In this document: in pieces, positions 1 to 10,674 of the stretch
How the letters are laid out: each line of letters starts with the position of its first letter
Numbering within the stretch: the first letter of the stretch is position 1
Assembly (NCBI GenBank): GCA_043228905.1
Contig: JBHGNT010000010.1
Span: 9,796,001 to 9,860,000, forward strand
Source: Azolla caroliniana
Lineage: Eukaryota > Plantae > Polypodiophyta
Reading direction: 5' to 3'
Length of the DNA: 64,000 bases
Made by a program: the position numbers and the translations under genes
Notes under the pieces: generated by a model
Seen by the model: the letters and a program-made list of their open reading frames with translations, nothing else
Databases searched by the model: none
What the model was told of the DNA's origin: nothing

Positions 1-2
1 CG

Positions 3-1454
3 CGATACACGAAGAGGGGGCAATGGCTTGCCGACGAGGAAAAGAGGGTTTCGGAACCGATTCCGAAACCGAGAACCGGATTGGAAGACCATCAACTGAG
101 GGCTCGAGAGACTACAACCGAGAAGGCGATTGATGCATCTACGGTGGAGCAACTATTGAAGGAGATGGAGAATCTGAAGATCGCGATGGTGAAGAAGTCG
201 GATGACCGCCCCACAAGCTCCAAGTATACGGACCGACGGTGCATATGGTGCGATAGCGCCGAACACGATCGGAGGGATTGCGACGAGCATAAGGAGGCGC
301 TACGGCGGGATCTCATCTACTACGAGGGAAACCGGATTCATTCGATGGACTCTCGGAAGCCACTCCGACCGAACTTCCGTAAAGGCGGCATGAAGAAGGT
401 GCTCGAGGAGGAATTGGCGGCAAGAAGCAACTATGCGACAACCGCGGGAATATGTGTCGGGGAGTCATCGAGAGCAAAGACGTCTTTTTGGCCGGAAGTT
501 CTAGAAAACACTGAGAAAACCGACTCTAACGAGATCCGAAGCACCGCGGAAGGCGTCCGGGAAGCTACGGGATGGGAGTGCCCTGTCGACAAGAATAGCA
601 TATACGCCCTGTGTCAATTGCATAAGGTGTATGTGGACGAGAAACGACGACGCACGGAGGATGCGGCCGGGCCATCGAAGATACCGGAAAGCTGGAACTC
701 CGGAGGTAAGGGAAAAGAAAAGGCGACTCCGGCATTCAAGCTCGCCTCGGACATAGAACAACAAACCGACTTGAAAAGAGTGTTCGAGGAAAGAATCTTG
801 GATAGTCGGGTAGATTTCTCCCTTCGGGAGCTACTCGGAATAGCAAAGAAGGAGTTCCACGATCTTCTCGTGGATCTCGTGAAGCGAAAAAGACAAAGTA
901 CGGAGGAAAATGCTCCAAGGGTGAATGTGAACACCGTTTTAATGAACGACACCGAAGTGGAGGACGAAATTCCAAACTCCCACTATACAAGGCCACATTG
1001 GGCACGCGCGACTACGGAGACTCCGGTCCGAATCGGCAACATCAAAGAACCCGTGCTAGCATTGATTGATCACGGATCGGAGATCAACTTGATGTCCAAG
1101 GAGTTCTACCGGAAGGGGAAGTGGCCTATTAACACAAACCATGGATGGAAGATTCGGGCGGCCACCAAAGCAACGGAAGATCTATTTGCGGCTTGTCCGG
1201 ATGTGACGGTGAAGATCGGGGATGTCGAGATCGACCAAAATTTCTTCGTGCAAGATGAGGTTTCACATTCCGTCATCCTCGGCCAACCCTTTATCACGGC
1301 ATCACGGATGGAGACGAAGGTGCTCGATAGCGGTGCGGCTTTTGCGCGAATTCAGAGCCAAAACGGTGGGAAATCCGTCCAATTCCTAACGGTGCCGGCA
1401 AATCACGAAAGGAACAAGAGGGAACTCTTGTCCCAAGTGAGAATGGATTTTTAA
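3..1454 (+). CDS. gag: Gag-protease polyprotein, 5' partial (frame open from the window edge)
   Basis: Zinc knuckle CIWCDSAEHDRRDC; aspartic protease motif ALIDHGSEINLM and VILGQPF; stop TAA 1452-1454. Confidence 0.9.
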   Translation, partial: RYTKRGQWLADEEKRVSEPIPKPRTGLEDHQLRARETTTEKAIDASTVEQLLKEMENLKIAMVKKSDDRPTSSKYTDRRCIWCDSAEHDRRDCDEHKEALRRDLIYYEGNRIHSMDSRKPLRPNFRKGGMKKVLEEELAARSNYATTAGICVGESSRAKTSFWPEVLENTEKTDSNEIRSTAEGVREATGWECPVDKNSIYALCQLHKVYVDEKRRRTEDAAGPSKIPESWNSGGKGKEKATPAFKLASDIEQQTDLKRVFEERILDSRVDFSLRELLGIAKKEFHDLLVDLVKRKRQSTEENAPRVNVNTVLMNDTEVEDEIPNSHYTRPHWARATTETPVRIGNIKEPVLALIDHGSEINLMSKEFYRKGKWPINTNHGWKIRAATKATEDLFAACPDVTVKIGDVEIDQNFFVQDEVSHSVILGQPFITASRMETKVLDSGAAFARIQSQNGGKSVQFLTVPANHERNKRELLSQVRMDF

Positions 1455-1508
1455 AGCGGACTGTTGTGGAGTGGGGAAGTGATAGTCCGAGAAGCCCTGA
1501 TACCCCAC
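1445..1508 (+). promoter_or_regulatory. Predicted -1 ribosomal frameshift signal: GGATTTT plus H-type pseudoknot
   Basis: Heptamer 1445-1451 directly before the gag-pro stop; stem1 1457-1466/1480-1489; stem2 1471-1476/1503-1508; conserved in two other copies. Confidence 0.8.
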
Positions 1509-4500
1509 ACAGGAAGAAAACTCTCGGAGCAAAACATGTACGAATTGGTCCGGATGGGGCATCTACGTACACGACCATAACCGGAGGATTGAAGAAAGGA
1601 TACCGACAAGTGGAGGATAAGTTGCGGTCGGCATCAATAATAAAAGAAGATGAAGAAATCGTGGGGATAGTCGAAGAAGTGTTCTATGGGAGCACACTAC
1701 AACGACTTGAAGAACTTGCGGAAGATAAAAGCCAAGGGAACCGGGTAGTCCCGGTGGAATCGGTCGAGATGTACGAGATCATTGCGAAAATGGAGCCGGA
1801 TACGCTCCGCAAAGAAGAAGCAATGGTAAGTACGAAATACAAGACCGTGGAGAAGAAGGTAAAACCGGCCGCGGGACCACTACCCGCCGATAGCGAACAA
1901 AAGAGGAAAGAAGTCTCGGGAGATCCGACACTTCGGAAGACCGTGGATATCGGACATGCCTTCACGGATGAGACCCGGAAGAAACTTCGGATCGGTGGAG
2001 GTGGGTTCCTATTACAAAAAGAAGAAGAACGGTTTCGCGAGATGTTGGAGCAATACGGCAAAGCATTTGCATTTACATCAAGGGAGATAGGGTGCGTCGA
2101 TCCGAGAATAGTGGAGCCGATGGTGATCTTCACGATTGACCATGTACCGTGGAACCTGAAGCCGATTCCGGTGCCACGAGCGCATATTCCGAAAGTCATT
2201 GACTTGCTCAAGGAGAAGGTGGCGATGGGGATTCTAGAGCCATCAACTGCTCCGTACTCAAATCGATGGTTTACGGTTCCGAAGAAGAATGGGTCACTCC
2301 GATTTATCCAAGACTTGCAACCGGTGAATAAGGTCACGATCCGGAACTCGGGAGTCGGTCCGATAGTGGACGAATTTGCGGAAGCTTTTGCCGGTCGTGC
2401 GATATACTCCATCGGAGACCTATACTCGGGGTATGACCAATTCCAACTAGCCGTGGAGAGCCGAGACATCACAACCATGCGAACACCGATAGGATTAGTC
2501 CGAATGTGCACACTACCACAAGGGGCGACAAACTCGGTTGCTCATATGATGAACGCGATGAACAAGGTGCTTCGAGACTGCATTCCGGAGATAACGATGC
2601 CGTTCCTCGATGACATTCCGATGAAAGGATGCGCGGTAGAAGAAAAAGATGAGACTATGGATGATCGGGGATGCCGAAAGTTCGTGGTCGACCATATTCA
2701 TGATTGCGAGAAAGTGTTGCGAAAGCTAGAAGATGTGCACCTAACACTTTCCGGGGAGAAATCGGCATTCGGGCAAGAAGAAATATTAGTGGTCGGACAT
2801 CTATGTGGGCCCTACGGCCGAAGACCGTCACCAACAAAGATCGATGCGATTCAAGCTATGGAGGAAGTATGCGAGTCAACATCCGAAGTCCGAAGGTTTC
2901 TCGGTGCATGTGCATTCTATCACATATGGATTCCGCACTATGCACATATAGCGGACCCGCTCTACCACTTGTTGCGGAAAGGTAAGAAATTCAAATGGAA
3001 ACCGGAACACACCAAAGCCATGAAGAAATTGAAGAAGACACTTCAGAGGGCGGAAGCACTTAAGAAGCCGAGCTATGACCGACCGATCATAGTAACGGTT
3101 GATACAAGTCCAACCGGTATCGGGTGGGTCATCAATCAAGCCGACTCGGATGGTTCGCGGTATCCGATCCGATTCGGAGGAAAGGTTCTCAACGAAAGGC
3201 AACGTGGATATGCGCAAGTCAAAAGAGAACTGTGGGGAGTCGTGTCGGCGATAAAATTAGATCGGGATTATTTGATCGGAGCCGAAGTGGTGATCGAGAC
3301 GGATTGTCTTCCGATACTCGGGATGATGCGGTGTTGTACGATACCGGATGTAGCTATGCTAAGGTGGGTTGCATATGTCAAGTCGCTTAATCCGGAGGTT
3401 CGACACATCTCGGGGAAGGACAACGCGGTAGCGGATATGTTATCAAGGGCTCGGTTCGGAGACGACATAACCGAATCGGATAATGAAGAAGTTTCCGAAG
3501 ACTACTTCGCGTCGGAGCACATATGCCGAGTAAACGTAATCCGGGAATTCCAGGAAGAAGAATACGAGGGAGAAAGCTTGATGATCGGGAAGATGTTACA
3601 AGAGGCTGAGGATTCAACAAACGATAAAGGAAGAAGAGCCGAGATCCGAAGAAAGAAGAGACAAGTCCAAAAGTTCTTCTTGGAAAACGGATTAATATGG
3701 AGGGCGCCGAAAAGACCGGATGGTATACCACTTCGAGTAGTCGGGACAAAAGAGCAACGAAACCGGATAATGTCCGAGTTTCACGAATCCGATTGGGCTG
3801 GACACCGAGGAACATGGGCAACATTTGTGAAGATCAAGCAAAAATATTGGTGGAAGAAAATGTACAAAGATGTCGCGGAGTTCACGGAAAGCTGCGAGAA
3901 ATGTCAAGTCTACTCCGGGGTTCGACATCGAGATGAGTTACATCTGACATTCTCACCGACAATCAACTTCAAGTGGATGGTTGCCATAGTGGCCATGCCG
4001 ACCGGGATCGGACAAAAGAAATACTTGGTATTAGCTCGGGAAGATCTCACGAATCAAGTAGAAGGTCGAGCGCTTCAGAGGAAAACGTGTTCCGCGGTAT
4101 GCCAATTTCTTTTAGAGGAAGTATTTTGTAGGTATGGGTGCGTAGGACAAGTGATTGCGGACCGGGGAGAACTCGACTCGGACAAAGCTAGGGGATTCTT
4201 CGCCAAACACGGAGTTCGGTTATCGCTGACAACGGCATACAATCCGGAGGCCAACGGGAAAATCGAACGAGGACATAGTCCGATCGTGAAAGCACTTGCA
4301 AAGGCATGCGATGGAAAGGTGAAGGACTGGCCGCAGATGCTTCCGTATGCACTATGGGCGGATCGGACGACGCATAGCTCCATAACCGGTTACATGCCGG
4401 CAGAACTCATGACCGGACAAGCACCGGTAATGCCGACGGAAACCGCGATCGCAACATGGAGAGTGCTACCGTGGAAGGAAGAGATGAGCCGGGAAGAACT

Positions 4501-5080
4501 ACTAGCGGTCCGGATACGACAACTAGAGGGAAGACCGGCAGACATAGCGGAAGCAATACGCCGACAACAAGAAGCACGATTAAAGAACAAAAGTCAGTTC
4601 GACACAAAGCACCGACTACGACCGAGGAGGATTGAAGAAGGAGATTGGGTGATCGTCTATAACAGTAGTTTGGACCATCAACATACAACGATGCGGAAAT
4701 TCGCGAAAAGGTGGTTCGGGCCATACGAGGTTCGGAAAGTCTTCGACAACGGAACGTACCGACTGTCCGAGTTGGATGGAACAATACTACGAGTGCCTAT
4801 AGCCGGGAAGCGGGTGAAGATTTTCAAGAAGCGGACCGACGACAAACCCTATGTGATCCAAGCCAAGGCCGACTACGAGGAGCAATCAGACGAAGACCAC
4901 GGGGATGCGGGAAGCGAAGAACGTGAATTACAACTCATAGTCGACATAAGGGGAGAATCGGAGGAAACTTTGGGTGAAGACGGATATGGGGAATCGAGAA
5001 CTTTGGCATATACCGGAGAATGTGCGGGTTCGGAGGGGGCGAGTGTCGTAGTGTATTCCACACACTACGTGAAAAAGTAA
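1451..5080 (+). CDS. pol: Pol (RT-RNase H-integrase) in the -1 frame relative to gag-pro
   Basis: RT motifs LPQGATNS and FLDD; RH VDTSPTGIG...NAVADMLSR; IN HH-CC, ADRGE, IERGH and WFGPY; uninterrupted ORF whose stop lies inside the 3' LTR. Confidence 0.92.
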   Translation, partial: LKRTVVEWGSDSPRSPDTPHRKKTLGAKHVRIGPDGASTYTTITGGLKKGYRQVEDKLRSASIIKEDEEIVGIVEEVFYGSTLQRLEELAEDKSQGNRVVPVESVEMYEIIAKMEPDTLRKEEAMVSTKYKTVEKKVKPAAGPLPADSEQKRKEVSGDPTLRKTVDIGHAFTDETRKKLRIGGGGFLLQKEEERFREMLEQYGKAFAFTSREIGCVDPRIVEPMVIFTIDHVPWNLKPIPVPRAHIPKVIDLLKEKVAMGILEPSTAPYSNRWFTVPKKNGSLRFIQDLQPVNKVTIRNSGVGPIVDEFAEAFAGRAIYSIGDLYSGYDQFQLAVESRDITTMRTPIGLVRMCTLPQGATNSVAHMMNAMNKVLRDCIPEITMPFLDDIPMKGCAVEEKDETMDDRGCRKFVVDHIHDCEKVLRKLEDVHLTLSGEKSAFGQEEILVVGHLCGPYGRRPSPTKIDAIQAMEEVCESTSEVRRFLGACAFYHIWIPHYAHIADPLYHLLRKGKKFKWKPEHTKAMKKLKKTLQRAEALKKPSYDRPIIVTVDTSPTGIGWVINQADSDGSRYPIRFGGKVLNERQRGYAQVKRELWGVVSAIKLDRDYLIGAEVVIETDCLPILGMMRCCTIPDVAMLRWVAYVKSLNPEVRHISGKDNAVADMLSRARFGDDITESDNEEVSEDYFASEHICRVNVIREFQEEEYEGESLMIGKMLQEAEDSTNDKGRRAEIRRKKRQVQKFFLENGLIWRAPKRPDGIPLRVVGTKEQRNRIMSEFHESDWAGHRGTWATFVKIKQKYWWKKMYKDVAEFTESCEKCQVYSGVRHRDELHLTFSPTINFKWMVAIVAMPTGIGQKKYLVLAREDLTNQVEGRALQRKTCSAVCQFLLEEVFCRYGCVGQVIADRGELDSDKARGFFAKHGVRLSLTTAYNPEANGKIERGHSPIVKALAKACDGKVKDWPQMLPYALWADRTTHSSITGYMPAELMTGQAPVMPTETAIATWRVLPWKEEMSREELLAVRIRQLEGRPADIAEAIRRQQEARLKNKSQFDTKHRLRPRRIEEGDWVIVYNSSLDHQHTTMRKFAKRWFGPYEVRKVFDNGTYRLSELDGTILRVPIAGKRVKIFKKRTDDKPYVIQAKADYEEQSDEDHGDAGSEERELQLIVDIRGESEETLGEDGYGESRTLAYTGECAGSEGASVVVYSTHYVKK

Positions 5081-5802
5081 AAATAATATAACCGATTTAA
5101 TTACATATAAATAAATAAAATAAGAATATCAAGATATTTATCACCAATCAATAAAATAAGAATATCAAGATATTTATCACGTGCATAGGGCAAGATTTGA
5201 ACCTTATACCTCCACATAGCCAAATCTTAACTTTACCATTATGCTACCTTATCTTTAGTGTTCTACAAATAGATTTAATAACTATAAGTCCTTTATTTGC
5301 GCCTATCTTTATTAAAAGGTAAATCATGCATTTTTAGAGTGCGTGAATATTTTATAGAAAAACGCAAGCAACTAAAAAGTGACTCATGCACATCTAGCGT
5401 GCATGAGCACTATATTTAACAAATAAAAGCAAGGATTAGAAAAGCATCACATGCACATTTAGTGTGCATGAACATATTAGAAAAAAGCATGTAGCTATGC
5501 TTAGTCTCTCCCATCACTATATAAGGATGGGGAGCACATTGTAGTTTTTATTGATTATTTTTCTATAATGATCAATCAATCTAAAATATTCGTGGGATTC
5601 ACGAATTTGCTAAAATAATTCTCTCTTACTACCTAAATATTGACTAAATATACTAAACTCGTGGGATTCACGAGATTCTTATCTTATAACTCTTTATACC
5701 TATTCTTTACTAGCCTTATTTGTATTTTTCTTTCCTCCTAGTCCAAAACCTCGGCGGTTCCCACCCGACTCACGCAACGATCCAGAGCCGAAAGGCACGA
5801 CA
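5044..5802 (+). repeat. 3' LTR of gypsy A
   Basis: TGTCGT...ACGACA termini, upstream PPT, TATATAAG at 5518; homologous to 58554-59319. Confidence 0.9.
5181..5248 (-). ncRNA. tRNA-like Pol III promoter module inside the gypsy A LTR (not a functional tRNA gene)
   Basis: Minus strand: A-box TAGCATAATGG (5246-5236), B-box GGTTCAAATCT (5203-5193), tRNA-like 43-nt spacing, TTTT downstream. Confidence 0.6.
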
Positions 5803-5829
5803 CCGGTATGGGAACAGGCGGAAAGCAGG

Positions 5830-8800
5830 GTGATGTACTGCTTCGCATCTAGTGTTGGCGATCAGCTGCTCAGCCACATCCGTGACGCCAAGACACCGAA
5901 GGATGCTTGGGGGAACCTGAAAAAGGTTTTCGCCGCAAGCACCGCTGCCCGGAAGCTGCAACTCAGACAGGAGTTGAGCAATGTTCGACAGAAGAACATG
6001 TCCGTGGCAGACTACACGGGCCGGATAAAGGAGATTTGCGACTCACTCGCCTCTATCAATGTTACCGGAGAGGAAGACGAGATGGTGCAGGTATGTCTCG
6101 GAGGCCTGGCGTCCAAGTTCGGAGCGTTCCGGACTGCGGTGTGTACAAGGGAGAATACCCCCTCATTCTTCGACTTACAGTCGATGCTCCTTGTAGAGGA
6201 GAACCACGCCGGTACATCTACCAGTGCATCCCCGGACAGCCGGATGTTGTACACGGGAACAGATCGGCACTGTGGGCATGGTGGAAGAGGTGGGTCGGCA
6301 CGCAATGGAGGTGGCCAGCAAGAGCAGGAACGGAGGCACTATGAGTGTGCCGACAGCAGTTCCGGGACTTCCACAAGCAGGGGGAGTCAAGGCGGTGCCG
6401 GAGGCCGGCAAGACAAATCCGCTACGGAATGCTGGTACTGTGGCAAAAAAGGCCACAGGGAAAGCGAGTGCTGGAGAAAGCGTGCCGATTCGGACAAATC
6501 CGGATCCGGCAAGACCGGTAAGGATGGCCGGCAAAACTCGCACTACGCAAACGGATCAGGAGGATCCGGAACCGGAAACATCGGTAAGGGGTCAGCCTTG
6601 GTGATGAATCACAAGGCAAACTCAATGAAGAAGACCACTTCCAAAACGGAGGAAGTGTGGTATGTTGATTCCGGCGCGTCGAACCACATGACGAGCCACA
6701 AAGAGTGGTTCTCCTTTCTGGAGAAACCGGATCAACCAAGAGTAGTTGAAACCGGAGATGATACTCCACACCCAATCGTGCACGTCGGAGAAGTGCCTCT
6801 AAGCCACGTCGGACAGAAAGGGAAGCTGATGAACGTATTACATGTTCCGACGATCACGAAGAACCTGGTGTCCGTCGGTCAGATTGTCGACCAAGGGATG
6901 CAGGTGCGGTTTACGCACCTCGGGTGCTTCATTGAAGATGAGGGCGAAGTCATTGCGCAAGGGCGCAAAGACAAGAGGATGTTTATCCTCAACACCAATG
7001 ACATTGGCACCGCTCTGTTCGCGAAACGACAGAAGGTCGAGTCGGACATCGACCTATGGCACAAGTGGATAGGCCACGTCAACTACCGGAGGCTTCAAGA
7101 CCTGCAAACGAAACAAGTCGTTTTCGGTTTGCCAAAGTTCAACGGCCGGAGAGCCGAAATTTGTGAAGCCTGCCAACTTGGGAAGCAACACCGGCTTCCA
7201 TTCCCCACCGAACGGAACCGGAGCCGTAACAAGCTCGATCTCATCCATTCGGATGTGTGGGGACCGACACAAAGTGTAAGCCTTGGCGGGAGCCGGTACT
7301 TCGTCTCCTTCATCGACGACTATACTCGACATACTTGGATCTACCTCATTGAGCGGAAGAGCGAAGTCTTCGACTATTTCCGGAGCCTCCAGAAGATGGT
7401 GGAACGGGAATTGGAGAGGAAGATCAAATGCCTTCGGTCGGATGGCGGAAAGGAATATTTTTCCGGCCAATTCACTAGTTATCTGCAGCAGAAGGGAATT
7501 CGGCGAGAGTTCAGCTGCAGATACACACCGGAGCAAAACGGTGTGGCCGAAAGGAAGAACCGGACACTCGTCGAAGCGGCAAGGACAATGCTGGAGGAGA
7601 AGAGCATGCCCCGGTTCTACTGGGCGGAGGCGGTCTAGACGGTCGTCTACATACAAAACCGAATTGGTGACAAGGTGTTAGCTCATGAGCTGTATTTCGG
7701 GCACAAGCCGAGCTTAAGACACCTTCGGATATTCGGCAGCCTAGCGTATGTGCATGTGCCGGATCAGAAGCGGAGGAAGCTGGATGCAAAATCGGAAAAA
7801 TGCATCCTAGTCGGTTATGCTCAAGAGCAAAAGGGGTATAAGTGCTATAACCCCCGGACGAAGGAAGTCCGAGTTAGCCGGGATGTCGAGTTCGATGAAT
7901 CGGCATCCTGGTACTCCGTACCGACTCTGACTTCCGATCCCGACCGAATGCCGGAAGATCAGGCCAGTGAGCCTGCATCAGCCTTGGAAGAGGATGATGA
8001 AGCCGGGACTCAAGATGAGAGTCCGGAATCGTTGCGGTTGAGTGGACCAAACGAGCCACTGAGTCGGTTGGACCAGTCAGATGAAGAGACGGCAAGTGGT
8101 GGAGACTCTGTCGTGCTCTCCCCGCGCAAGGAACCAAGGAAACGGTTCACGCGCAAAGAGAAGGGGAAGAGGAAGATGCCGGAATTCGAAACCGGCAATG
8201 ATGAGTCGGATCGGTGCATATCCGACTACCGAAAGGAGAAAGGCAGATCTTCGGCAACGAAGACCGAACTGGCCAAGAAGGGCCTCAAATCAGGTGACGG
8301 TGCGTTGCGCCGATCAACCCGTCAGAAGGATCCCGTCATGCGGTACGGGTACAATGAATACATGGCGCATCATTATGCGTACATGACTAAGGTGACAGAA
8401 GTGCGCGAGCCGGAGAGCTACGCAGAAGTAGCAAAGGACGCAAATTGGCGTGCCACTATGGACGAAGAAATGCGGGCACTCGATGCCAACGAAAGTTGGG
8501 ACCTAGTTGATCCTCCGCGTCACTGTAAACCGATCGGATGCAAGTGGGTGTACAAGGTCAAGTACAACGCCGACGGTTATGTTAACCAGTACAAAGCCCG
8601 ATTAGTGGCAAAGGGATATGCGCAGACCCACGGAATCGACTACGACGAGACCTTCGCTCCTGTGGCGAAGATGACGACGGTTCGTGTGGTACTAGCGGTT
8701 GTTGCGGCAAGGGGGTGGCATCTTCACCAGATGGATGTGAAGAACGCCTTCCTTCAAGGAGAGCTTGAAGAAGAAGTCTTTATGACTCAGCCCCCCGGAT

Positions 8801-10530
8801 TTCAATCGGAGATGAACGAGTCGGCGGTATGCCGACTGAAGAAGTCGCTTTACGGCTTGAAGCAAGCCCCCCGAGCTTGGAACGCGAAGATCACGCACCG
8901 GTTGCGTAAGCTGGGGTTTGTTGTCTCTAAGTCGGACTCTTCGTTGTTCATCCGGCAAAGCTCTGACAGTCCGGTATGTATACTCTTGTATGTGGATGAT
9001 TTAGTCATCACCGAGCCGGGTCTTCCAGAAATCAACCGCGTCAAGTCCCAGTTATCGAACGTATTCGAAATGAAGGACCTGGGGGACCTCCATTATTTTC
9101 TTGGGATCGAAGTGATCCGGACCCCCGATGTCATATTGCTCTCACAACAACATTACGTGTTGAATATGCTGTATAAGTTCGGCATGTCGGATTGCCGACC
9201 TGTCTCCACACCCCTGGATCGGAACTAGAAGCTCCGTCCCAACTCCGGTCCGGCCTGCAATGAGAAACGGTTCCGACAGGTTGTCGGAAGCCTGATCTAC
9301 TTCACCATCACCCGACCCGACATCAGCTATCCGGTCAGCATGGTAAGTCAGTTCATGCAGAAGCCGACCGTGGAGCACCTTCAGTGCGCGCAAAGAATAT
9401 TACAGTATGTCAGCGGCACTAAGGACCGGGGACTGCTATACCGGCGAGGTATACGAAGAGCTTGTCGGTTACACAGATGCTGATTGGGCCAGCGATGCGT
9501 CAGATCGCCGCTCCATTCCGGATACATGTTCTCCATAGGTAGCGCGGCCGTTGCGTGGAGCAGCAAGAAGCAGCCCACAGTGGCTTTGTCAAGCACTGAG
9601 GCTAAGTACCGGGCCGCTACCGTTGCCACTTGTGAAGCCATCTAGCTTCGGCGACTGCTGCGAGACTTGCGGATCGAGGTACCGACCCCGATCCCCATTT
9701 ACTACGATAATATGAGCAGCCTGCAGCTCGCCAGGAACCCCGTGTTCCATGCTCGCACAAAGCACATCGAGGTGCACTACCACTTCGTGCGTGAGCGGGT
9801 CCTGAGCGGTGAAGTTGACCTACGGTATGTTCATACGGATCGGCAAGTTGCCGACATCTTCACCAAGCTGCTCGGATCGGACAAGTTGCAGCACTTTACC
9901 GACATGCTTGGTGTTCAGCATCTCAACGTGCCGCACTTGAGGGGGAGAAGCAAGGACAAAGTCTCTACCGAAATGGGCAAAGGCCAACAAACTGTTGAAC
10001 CCGTCGGTAAGAGGAGAGCCAGAAGAAGAGGAGACAAGAAAATGAAGGAAGCCGAGTCGACGAAAGAAGTCGACACATCCGAACAGGTCAGAGTAAGCGG
10101 CTGTGAAGAAGAGTTGTGCACTCAGGAAGAGAAGTGCATGCTGTGCGGAGGTCATCACGACGGTACTGACCATGATGCGGAGTCGAATGAAGAATTCGAT
10201 TTCGGTTCACTGGCTGAAGAAGCCGAGGGAAGCATGGAGAAGGCCAAGACTCGGAAGTGGTCCGATGTGGTGAGAGGCCTGAAGCCGAAAGTCGAATCGG
10301 AGTGTACCGATTCAGACAAGAGCTGGAACGAGTCGGAGACAGCTGACTCGGATCAACAGATGGATCCGGATGAGTCGGATCGACTGAAGACCAAGAGGAC
10401 ACGGACACAGCGGAAGTCGATGCCATCGTGGGAGAACCGACGGATCGGCAAGCGCCGGAATCACAACAACGTGAGTGCTGAGATGGGCCTATTGAGCAGA
10501 CATTCCGACCGAGAGGGTCGAGGCGCGTAG
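5830..10530 (+). pseudogene. Copia B gag-pol, split into ORFs 5830-7638, 7675-9228 and 9667-10530
   Basis: Collinear copia domains broken by nonsense codons and small frameshifts. Confidence 0.9.
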
Positions 10531-10674
10531 AACCAAAGGGGTTGCGGCAAACGGGACCGGACCGGACGAGGAGCGCGAGCAAGGCGGAGTGACGCCAGGA
10601 GGAGTCGGTTGAAAGAACCGACTGCCACAGAGGTCGACACTACGACCCCACCTCAGGTTGAGCTTGAGGGGGAG

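Larger units (their letters stand above)
1..5802 (+). mobile_element. Ty3/gypsy LTR retrotransposon A (5' part outside window), inserted into the gag of copia B
   Basis: Domain order Gag(CCHC)-PR / RT-RH-IN; PPT GGAGGGGGCGAG just before 5044; 3' LTR TGTCGT...ACGACA; copia gag sequence (WEQAESRVMYC) resumes right after the LTR. Confidence 0.95.

Noticed and set aside
1684-2511. Long antisense ORFs over gypsy/copia pol (also 19843-20691, 40278-40916)
   Set aside because: Shadow ORFs of GC-rich coding strands with no recognisable motifs
5181-5248. Functional tRNA genes at the tRNA-like modules
   Set aside because: Acceptor and anticodon stems do not pair convincingly; reported only as tRNA-like modules
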